This document shows, in pieces, positions 54,250 through 64,000 of a DNA stretch of 64,000 nt. A program made the translations under genes and the position numbers. The notes under the pieces are model-generated. The model did no database searches and had not been told where the DNA came from. It saw only the letters and a program-made list of their open reading frames with translations. The stretch covers positions 19,220,001-19,284,000 of the forward strand of contig NC_043010.1 in assembly GCF_006345805.1 (NCBI RefSeq), read 5' to 3'. The DNA is from Octopus sinensis. Lineage: Eukaryota. Numbering within the stretch: position 1 is the stretch's first letter; each line of letters starts with the position of its first letter.

Positions 54250-54500
54250 AGCTTAGATTTCTCCGCGATTCTCCACTTGATTGTATGTGGTGTGCAATTG
54301 GTCTTCGAACCCTATACGTGGGTGGTCAACTTAGCATTTTTAGTTTTGTCGATTTGCGTGAAAGAAGACTGGCAGTTTGTACATCGTCCTTTAACACTGA
54401 CTTCACATAAGCCGATGGGATTTTTCTTTTCAATCAAGTTAACTGAAACCCGACCTGTAATGCCTACAGTGAAGTTCAAGAAAATATTTGCGAGCACTCT
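54250..54500 (-). mobile_element. Penelope-like GIY-YIG C-terminal remnant
   Basis: KNAKLTTHV*GSKTNCTPHTIKWRIAEKSK resembles the PLE motif N.T.LS.H.W.LK...Y.IKW.I. Confidence 0.5.
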
Positions 54501-55220
54501 TTTTCTTGAAACGAAATACGTCTAAATCGAGAAATACGACAAAATTTTCCAACTACATTAGAGAGTTAAATGAAAAGTCTTCTGCCTGAAAAATTAAATG
54601 AAAATTTATCGAATGACCTGAACCCTCGAAGCATGGAAGCAAAAAATATAATCTTTGGTCAGCTGCAAAAAAAGAAAAAAAATCCACAAAGTCAATACAG
54701 CCATGAAGCCTTTTTAATCACCGGATAAGAGTTATACGTGAAATGCAAACCTTAGCATGACCAAATTCCTTAGCATCTGCTTTGAAACTAAGACATGTTA
54801 TCTTCAGTTGGTTAACTACATAAAAATGCATGGTCATCAACACACGTTTCTTCTAGAACCTTTCCCGTTTCTTCCACCTGCCCCCGTCTCACCCTATTGT
54901 TGATGTATTGATATTTCCTAAGTCTACATTTTCTCCATTTCCGATTAATCATTCTGTATTTTCTGCCTTCGTTTATTTACTTTCACCTTTTCATTTCTAT
55001 AAAAGCACCAAATTATTTGTAGTAAAAAATGGACTGACTGTATTTCGTATTGAATCAAACACGTGTGGGTGTCTGTGTCTCTCGGTGTAGGTGTGTGTGT
55101 AGGTGTATGTGTAGGTGTGTGTATGTAGGTATGTGTGTGTAGGTGTGTGTATAGGTATGTGTAGGTGTATGTAGGTGTGTGCAGGTGTGTATGTAGGTGT
55201 GTGAGTACACGTGTGTTTAC

Positions 55221-55252
<32 letters not shown>

Positions 55253-55254
55253 TC

Positions 55255-55465
55255 TTTTTACTCTTTTACTTGTTTTAGTCATTTGACTGTGGCCATGCTA
55301 GAGCACCGCCTTTAGTCGAGCAAATCGACCCCAGGACTTATTCTTTGTAAGCTTAGTACTTATTCTATCGGTTTCTTTTGCCGAACCGCTAAGTTACGGT
55401 GATGTAAACACACCAGCATCGGTTGTCAAGCGATGTTGGGGGGACAAAAACAGACACACAAACAT

Positions 55466-55506
<41 letters not shown>

Positions 55507-55680
55507 CATATATATACGACGGGTTTCTTTAAGTTTCCATCTACCAAATCCACTCACAAGGCTTTGGTCGACCCGAGTCTATAGTAGAAGACACTTGCCC
55601 AAAGTTCCACGCAGTCAGACTGAACCCGGAACCATGTGGTTGGTAAACAAGCTACTTACCACACAGCCACTCCTACGCCT
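55255..55680 (-). mobile_element. SINE family B copy
   Basis: Reverse complement of the family B head and tail. Confidence 0.8.
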
Positions 55681-56225
55681 ATATATATACTTATATGTTC
55701 ATATATGTATGCATACATATAAATGTGCATACTCACATACATATATGTATATATGTAATATATATATATACATATGAGCATATATGTTTATAAGAATGCA
55801 TGTATGCGTGTGCGTGTTTGTGTGTGTATGCATGCGTGTGTGTTTGCGCGGGTGTAGATGATGGATCTTCGTCGGTCGACGATGAGTATTCGCAATTCAG
55901 ATCAACTAGATAACCTGCTCCTGAATTAACATGGAACAGGCTGAATATTGCGTAGGCTCACGTGCTCTTAACGAAAACAGCAGATGGAATCAGTGAGTCA
56001 TCATGCGACAAAACTTTATGCTATGAATTGCAGGCGGAATTCGCTGAACGGGTTTCAAAGCTGCTTCCGTCCATCCGATTTCTCGCATAAGCTATGGGTC
56101 ACGTAGAGCCTTTAGAAAATATTATGCACCTTAAATGTGGTACGGTAGCATCGATCCCGCGACACCGAGATTACGAAGCGAGCTTTTAACCATTCGTTTA
56201 TACTGCACCAACCATATAGTATACA

Positions 56226-56258
<33 letters not shown>

Positions 56259-56427
56259 GCATGCATACATACATACATGCATGCATACATACATACATAC
56301 ATACATACATACATACATACATTCATACTTACATACATACACACATACACACATACATACATACATACATACATACATACATACATGCATACATACTTAC
56401 ATGCATACATACATGCATACATACATA

Positions 56428-56720
56428 GGCCAAACAAATAAGAATTCACAGTATGGTAGAAGCTATAGCCATTCATTATAAAAAGGAGTACTGGTGGAAT
56501 GTACCAGTGAAAACCTCAATAAAATGTAAACATAACAGACCTGACATCGTAATTTGGGATGGAGAAGAGAAACTATGTATAGTTGTGGAAATCAGCTGCC
56601 CAGTGGATGCTGACATGAAGCTGAAGATTAATGAAAAAGAGAACACCTATGCTGAACTATTGAGGAATGTACAGCTACTCAATCCAGATTACAAGTTCAG
56701 GTTTATACCTTAATTATTGG
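56428..56720 (+). mobile_element. R4/Dong-like REL endonuclease fragment
   Basis: EYWWNVPVKTSIKCKHNRPDIVIWD...CIVVEISCPVD...EKENTYAELLRN, the PD-(D/E)xK REL signature. Confidence 0.8.
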
Positions 56721-56842
56721 AATACTCGCATGCATATGTACACATGCACATCCATATATACGTGTATCTGCATGTATTATCGCCCCTGTACACGCAGGTA
56801 TATATACCTTGCATACATACGAACATTCACATATACACACAT

Positions 56843-56873
<31 letters not shown>

Positions 56874-57565
56874 CACGCACATACACATGGATACACATAC
56901 ACACGAATAAAATGCATGCGAGTAAGAGTTGTATATGTAGATATTGATATGTATAAATAGCTGTATAAATATATATAAATATAGGTCCTGGGGCTATATA
57001 TATATATATACATATATATATAGCGAGAGAGTGAGAGAGGGATTCGTGCGTGGGCGTATAAATAGTTATATATACTTATTAGGAAAGCATACGTCTGTAT
57101 ACATATGTTTATTAAATGCGTGCATATACATATGTACACATAAACATACATGTATACATATACATACAGAGATACACACAAAAATATGGAGGCTCTAACC
57201 TAAACACTCTATCTTTTCCAGTAGCTGTCATATTCTCTCATCTACTTATTTACACACAACACTGTCACATCCATGCACGCTTGTTGAAGCACACTTGGGG
57301 ACATTTCTTTTCCCACACACACCAAAGATAGTGTCTCTCATAGAATTCAATTACCCAAAAGAGAAACTAGTGGAAACGAGAAAGTCTCTTCCAATATAGA
57401 TCTCCGTTCCAATAAAAAAATGGTTAATGGAAAATTCCTTTTTTTTTTAAAGAACTTCACCATAACGTGTAAACTATTTCAAGACTATCTAGCTTTCTCT
57501 TCTTTTGTCTCTTTCTGAAGGTCCCAGCCTATCTGTTTTCCTCTCTGTCCGTCTCTCTCTACCTC

Positions 57566-57606
<41 letters not shown>

Positions 57607-57847
57607 CTCTCCCCAGCCTTTTTCTATAGCGTATGTGTGTATGTGTGTGTATATACATATACATATATATATATACATAATATAATATATATATTTTATA
57701 TATTATATATAATATATATATATGTATATATATATATATTATATATATGCATTTATATATATATATATATGTATGTATGTGTGTGTGTGTTAGGTATAAA
57801 TATAGTATATGTATATATATAAATATATTATACATATATATACATAT

Positions 57848-57936
<89 letters not shown>

Positions 57937-58033
57937 GGTATGTATGTGTGTGTGTGCTCATTGCCATAGATTCGGAAATAGATGTCTAATTTCTCTGTGT
58001 TTGTGTATGTGTGTTCATGTGTGTGCGTGTGTG

Positions 58034-58094
<61 letters not shown>

Positions 58095-58429
58095 CTGTGT
58101 GTGTGCGTGCGCTTTATTACTGAATAATAACTTTGTCTCCAGCAATTTCCTCCAATCTACGTCGATAGTTCGCTTATCAAATATTTCAGCCATGATTAGG
58201 ATCACAATAAAATGATATTATCGGACAGCGACACCCCACGATTATAGCCGACTTGATGTTTTCCACTATTTAGTTCTCATCCTGATGCTGTTGTTGCTGT
58301 TATTGTTGCCGTATCTGTCATTGGTATCAATATTAATTTTACTGACCATATTTTTTGGTAAACAAAAATCTCTTGGAAACAGGGACCAACCCGAAACGTC
58401 AGAATTCATCTCTCGTTTCGTCTTACTAA

Positions 58430-58780
58430 CTTCTTCCTTTCTTCCTTTCATTATTTCTTTCTCTCTTTCTTTCTTTCTTTCTTTCTTTCTCTCATCCTTT
58501 CCTTCCTGCTTTCTTTCTTCCTTTCCTTCCTTCTTTCTTCCTTTCTTCCGTCTTCCTTTCTTCTTTCTTTCTTTCTTTCTTTCTTTTTCTCTTCCTTTCT
58601 CTCTTCCTTTCCCTCCTTCTTCGTTTCCTTCCTTCCTTTCTTTCTTTCTTTCTTCATTTCTTCCTTTTTCTTTATTCCTTTTTTTCTTTCTTCCTTTCCT
58701 TTTTTCTTCCTTTCCTTCTTTTTTCCTTTCCTTATTTCTTCCTTTTCTCCTTCGTTTCCTTCTTCCTTTCTTTCTTTCTT

Positions 58781-58820
<40 letters not shown>
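58430..58820. repeat. Long polypyrimidine/polypurine (CTTT/CCTT)n tract
   Basis: About 390 bp almost free of A and G on the + strand. Confidence 0.9.
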
Positions 58821-58823
<3 letters not shown>

Positions 58824-58872
58824 CACATACATATATATAAAGATAGTTAAATAGGTAGACAGACAGACCGAC

Positions 58873-58931
<59 letters not shown>

Positions 58932-59261
58932 TAGATAGATATATTGTTTTGGTCTAGCTAGTCTCTTGCTACACTGAGTTTCACCCGTAAATGCACGGAA
59001 TCTTCCGGAAAGTTATTACTCAGAGTAGAAAGAAACAAACTCAACCAGAACAAAACATTAATATCTCTCCAATGTTATTGAGTTCTCTTTTGTTCGACAG
59101 TTGATGCTGAACATATATGTGAGTGTGTGTGTGTATGTATGTATTCGTATTTATGTGTGTGTGTGTTTGTTGGATTCTTGATCGGTTTTCTTAGAGGACC
59201 ATTAATATAGAAGAGAATACATTGGAATGAATGGTATTAATTCTAAAATTGGTTTCATATT

Positions 59262-62200
59262 TTGGCACAAGGCCAGCAAGGGGTAAGTCGATGACATCGA
59301 CCTCCAGTACTCAACCCGTACTTATTTTATCGATCTCGAAAGGACGACAGGCAAAGTCGACTTCGGCGGGATCTGAACTCAGAACGTAAAGCCAGACGAA
59401 ATGTCGAAGAGCATTTCATCCGGCATGCTAACGATTCTGCCAGCTCACCGCTCTTCATCTCCATCTGAAATTAACACCAATTTGTGACAGAAAACAGCAC
59501 AAAATGGCGAGAGTTAAACCACGTTTCCATCACTTGTCTTCAATTAGTGTGTGTCTTTAATACCATTAAAATTATAATCTTAGTATTTATTAATTTAATC
59601 ATGTATCTGTAGCGACAGCATTAATCCAGATCGATGAATCGCATCAGCAGCGTATTGTAGATAATGTTAGCAGCAGCAGCAGTAGCAGCAGTGGCAGCAA
59701 TGTGCCAGGTGCGTGCGTTCCTCGGAAGAAATATTCGGCTGGTGCATAATTATTGCGGCTTTTTTTCAGCAAATTTTATTCAACAAAAACTATAACAACA
59801 TGTAACAAAAACATCTTTAAATGATTATTCCGGAGCATATTCACCATCTACTTCAATTACTGCTTCCCGTTTGCTTGGCAGACGATCAGACCGTCATTTA
59901 AAGATGTTTTTGTTAAATAGTGTTATTGTTTATATTCAATAAAATTTGTTGAAAAAAAAAAAAAAAGCCGCAATAATTATGCACCAACCCAATATTATAA
60001 TGACAGTCAAAGCTGGGCTTTATATAAGTTGAGCCACTGATCCGAATCGATGTATATTTGGGATGTAACAATGACTGAAGGCCTAAATCGATTCTCTCCT
60101 GCTCCTACCTGTGGTTGCTGATTTTGTGGTCTTGGGCCGAAATTCAAACCATTGTTTGAACTCTAAATAAGTCGGCGAACTGCAAGAATCGTTAGAACGC
60201 CGGACAAAATACTTAACTGCATTTTATCCGTCTGCACGTTCTGAGTTCAATTTCCGGCGAGGTCGACTTTGCCTTTTATCCTTTCGGAGTCGATAAAATA
60301 AATACCAGTTAAGCACTGGGGGTCGATGTAATAGACTTACCCCTCCCCCGCCTGCTGGTTTTCTGCCAAAATTTAAAAACCAGTATTTAAAGCGTAAATA
60401 TAAAATTAACTAAAAACGTTGTTTTACGTTTAGACTTTAAATCTAATCTGGTTTACTCTGCGGTATTTAAACTCAGAGAACAGGAAGTCGACGCAAACAC
60501 CGCAAGGCATTCATTCTATCTGGCATTCTAATGAGATTCTGCCAATTTTCTACCTAAATTTAACGTTGGCATTATATAATTTAATTTGGTTTTCAAAAGT
60601 TTGTCATTATTTTCTTCCTCCATAATGACGCCTGTATTATTATTTAAAGATCGCGATGGATTAACCTTTAAGCTAAGGATAAATTAAATTACAGTATTAA
60701 CTTTATTGCTGTTGTTGTTTTTTAAATATGTAGTTAATAGCGCAAACACCAAAAATATTAATATTGCTTTCAAATTTTAGCGCAATGCCAGCAATTTCGA
60801 GGGAGGGAGTAAGTCGATTACAACGCTCCTAGTGTTCAATTGCTTTCTATTTTATCGAGCATGAAAGGCAAAGTCGACCTCGGCGGAATTTGAACTCAGA
60901 ACGTATAGACAGACGAAATATCACTAAACATTTTGGCCGGCGTGCTAACGTTTCTGCCAGCTCGTCGCCTTCCTTTACCAACAATAATAACATCGATATG
61001 TGTCGAGATTATTATTGTAATCTGGTTTACTTAGCAGTATTTCGTCTGTCTTTACGTTCTGAGTTGAAATTCCGCCGAGGTCGACTTTGTCTTACATCCT
61101 TTCGGGGTCGATAAATTAAGTACCACTTACGTACTGGAGTCGATCTAATCGACTGGCCCCCTCCCCCCAAATTTCGGGCCTTTTGCCTAAAGTAGAGAAG
61201 AATATTATTGTTGTAATATTTATATTGTAGGAGTTACCGTGACAGTTACGTTTTGAAATCCCGCCCATCGTTGATTAATTTCCACTCTTCCAGAGCCGAT
61301 AAAATATGATACCAGTTATGTCCTAGGGTTGATTATACCCCAAACCGTAGAATTTGTTTAATTTCTGGTATGTTTGTACTATATAAGCTTGGAATGCCCT
61401 TTCGAGTTAGAATCTCATCCGAAAATGTCGATATTAACGGAAAAGTACAAGTTTAGTTGAAAGACATATATCAAATTCTTGAAGTATTTCATTAATGTCG
61501 TTAAGCTATGAACTTATAGAAATTCTTCAATAAATAATCGACTGATCAAATTTACTATTTTAGTTGTATATTTTAGAACAACCGGTTCAATTGCTAATGA
61601 CATGTGTCAGTTTGCTAATTATATCATCAAAATCTCAAACATAACAACTAAGTACAATAATTTTCAGATGTTCAGCTGGGTTCCTTAATATGTTTTATTA
61701 TGTTTTAATGAAATTCTATGTGTGTATAGGAAAAGCTTCTATTTAGATAAAATGCATAAATTTTACTGGCTAACTTTTTTCGAACATTTCCTAATACATC
61801 AACTGGTACTTAATTTATCAACACCGAAAGGATGAAAGGCAAGGTCGACCTCGGCGGAATTTGAACTCAGAGCGTAGTGGCAGACGAAATACTGCTAAGC
61901 ATTTCACTCATCGTGCTAATGATTCAGCCAGCTCACCGCCTTATTATACGCTCGTAACATAAGGCGGCAAGGTGGCAGAAACGTTAGCACGATGGGCAAA
62001 ATGCTTAGTGAATTTTGTCCGTCTTTACGATCTGAGTTCAAATTCCGGAGTCGATACAATAAGTACCAGTAAGAGCACTGGGGTTGATGTAATCAATTTA
62101 TCCACTGTCCCGAAATTGCTGACATTGTACAAACATTTGTAGCTAATAAATATTATACACGCAAAATATAAAGCGACAAGAGAACAGAATTGTTACCACA

Positions 62201-62845
62201 CCGGAAAAAATGCTTAACAACATTTCTTCCAAATTTACATCCTGCGTTCAAATTCTGCTGAGGTCAACTTTGCCCTTCATCCTCTAGGGGGTCGATAAAA
62301 TAAGTACCAGTTGAACACTGGGGCCGATGCAATCGACTATTCCCTTCCCACGAAACTGCTGGCCTAGTGCCAAAATTTGAAATGAAAATTATACACGCAT
62401 AATTTCATCATATATAATTATATGTTTCTCCGTCGAGGAGTACGTCCCCGAAATGTTAAGCATTTTTCTTACAGTAAATTACTTTATCCAACACCTACTC
62501 TTCTTACCCATCTAAATTAACATCAGTTTCCCTCAGAGCTTACTGGTTGCGTCAGACTCTACAACTACATTAGCTGTGCCTCAGTAACTATATTTATATT
62601 ATTTCTTTCTTAATATCCATGAATTCAATGCGGCGAGCTGGCAGAAACGTTAGCACGCCGGACGAAATGCTTAGCGGTATTTCGTCCGTCTTTACGTTCT
62701 GAATTCAAATTCTGCCGAGGTCGACTGTGCCTTTCAACCTTTCGGAGTCGATAAATTAAGTGCCAGTTGTATACTGGGGGTCGATCTAATCGACTGGCCC
62801 CTCCCCGAAAATGTCGGGCCTTGTGCTTAAAGTAGAAAAGAATAC
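59262..62845. mobile_element. Cluster of about eight SINE family A copies in both orientations
   Basis: Copies at about 59262-59450(-), 60167-60380(+), 60770-60970(-), 61028-61198(+), 61798-61943(-), 61960-62145(+), 62168-62385(+) and 62628-62845(+). The last has an 11-bp TSD ccatgaattca (62617-27 and 62846-56). Confidence 0.85.
59734..59992 (-). mobile_element. Mariner-derived MITE
   Basis: TA at both ends (59732-33 and 59993-94). About 90-bp TIRs beginning tt(g/c)gg(t/c)tggtgcataattattgcggc. The internal minus-strand piece encodes a mariner-like C-terminus (...VIEVDGEYAPE*). Confidence 0.85.
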
Positions 62846-63522
62846 CCATGAATTCATCCTCACTGGCACGAAAGGGCGCCCTCTCGTGACAGCTGACCAA
62901 ATCATTATGGTTCCTGAACTCTGGACAATGAGCCAGGTTCGTCTTACTTCTTGGCTAATTCCACTGAAATGAAAGCAGTAACATTATTAAGGATCAGGGA
63001 ATGCTAGAAGAACAGAACGTGTTTGGGTGGTTACACATTCTCTTAATATCATTTTCATTTCAATTGTTACACACAGAACAACAAGCTGCATTTTCAAAGG
63101 CTGCTTTGCATGTTGCCCTGTCTATCCTTTCGGTGACAGAGACACTTGGGCAAGCAGAAGGCGACATACAATCGACAACGAAATTTATAGAAAGGTACAT
63201 ACAGTGTGTGCTTATGTCTAGATGGATACGAGTGTGTATGTGGACAAAAATGAGTCAAGAGAATTAACACACGGAGGCAGTGATAGGAATTTGAACAACA
63301 AAGCGAATAAAGATATATTAAATACCATACAAGACAAATTAATGAGTTATTTAAACTTTCGCATCGAGGCAAGGTAGATAAATTCCTGGAGGCAACTGAG
63401 GCGGACTGTGAATGAGAAGAGGAGAGAGTCTCTGAAATCAGGGCTTCACCGCAATTAACATACTATTAAGGAAAAGAACGTTTTTTCCCTACTTTTTATT
63501 TTATTCTGGAGACATTAGAAAA

Positions 63523-63567
63523 TCATGGACATATGTTTCTGCCCCAACCGACTTCATCAGAACAGCG
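63523..63567 (-). ncRNA. Type I hammerhead motif with canonical core and weak helix I
   Basis: CUGAUGA-a-GUC gguugg GGC-a-GAAA-C AUAU G-UC. Helix III is the perfect palindrome ACAUAUGU; GUC triplet. Confidence 0.55.
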
Positions 63568-64000
63568 GTCGTCTAACTTTGACTCCAGCGGACAAACAAT
63601 TTGGATGTAAAGAAAAAGAATATAAAACATTTGTGGCCTAGGATAATCCATAATTAAACGAAAACAAGCTAAAAGACATAACTCAGAGTTGTTGATGGTA
63701 TAAACCTGGACAACAAAGCGAATATTAATTACCATACAGAATAAACCTATCATTTATTGAAATTACCTTCTCTTCAAGAGAGGGTAAACAAACGCCTAAT
63801 GGCAATTGCGATAGAATCCGAATGAGTGGGGAGACAATTTCACGAATCCAGAACTTTCCGAAATTGACAGTGTTGAGTATAACATGAAAATAATAGGCGG
63901 CAGTTCACAATATATTTCTGTCACATGATTCGTTTTAGCTGCTCACATATGTGTGTATGTGTATATAGATGTACGCATGAGTGTGTGTGTGTGTGTGTGT

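Overview
Repeat-dense eukaryotic (metazoan) genomic DNA. The SINE families and very heavy (TA)n/(TACA)n/(TAGA)n microsatellite load look like an octopus or other coleoid cephalopod; this is recognition, not a database result. The only host coding sequence I can support is one 173-bp internal exon (48111-48283, +) of an aromatic amino-acid decarboxylase, best matching histidine decarboxylase (HDC). Neither neighbouring exon is visible, so much of the window is probably intron or flank. The rest is transposon debris: a near-intact DD34E Tc1 element with 225-bp TIRs, a degraded Tx1/L1-type LINE, CR1-type and R4/Dong-type LINE fragments, Penelope-like (PLE) remnants, Helitron/Helentron-type elements, a mariner MITE and more than 25 tRNA-derived SINE copies. 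The most unusual signal is a set of seven small type I hammerhead-ribozyme motifs in five different sequence contexts, all with a self-complementary helix III, the hallmark of PLE-type minimal hammerheads. There is also a 74-nt pre-miRNA-like hairpin, and inverted SINE copies flank the HDC exon. Most ORFs in the supplied track are microsatellite translation artefacts. TE boundaries are approximate unless TIR/TSD ends are stated.
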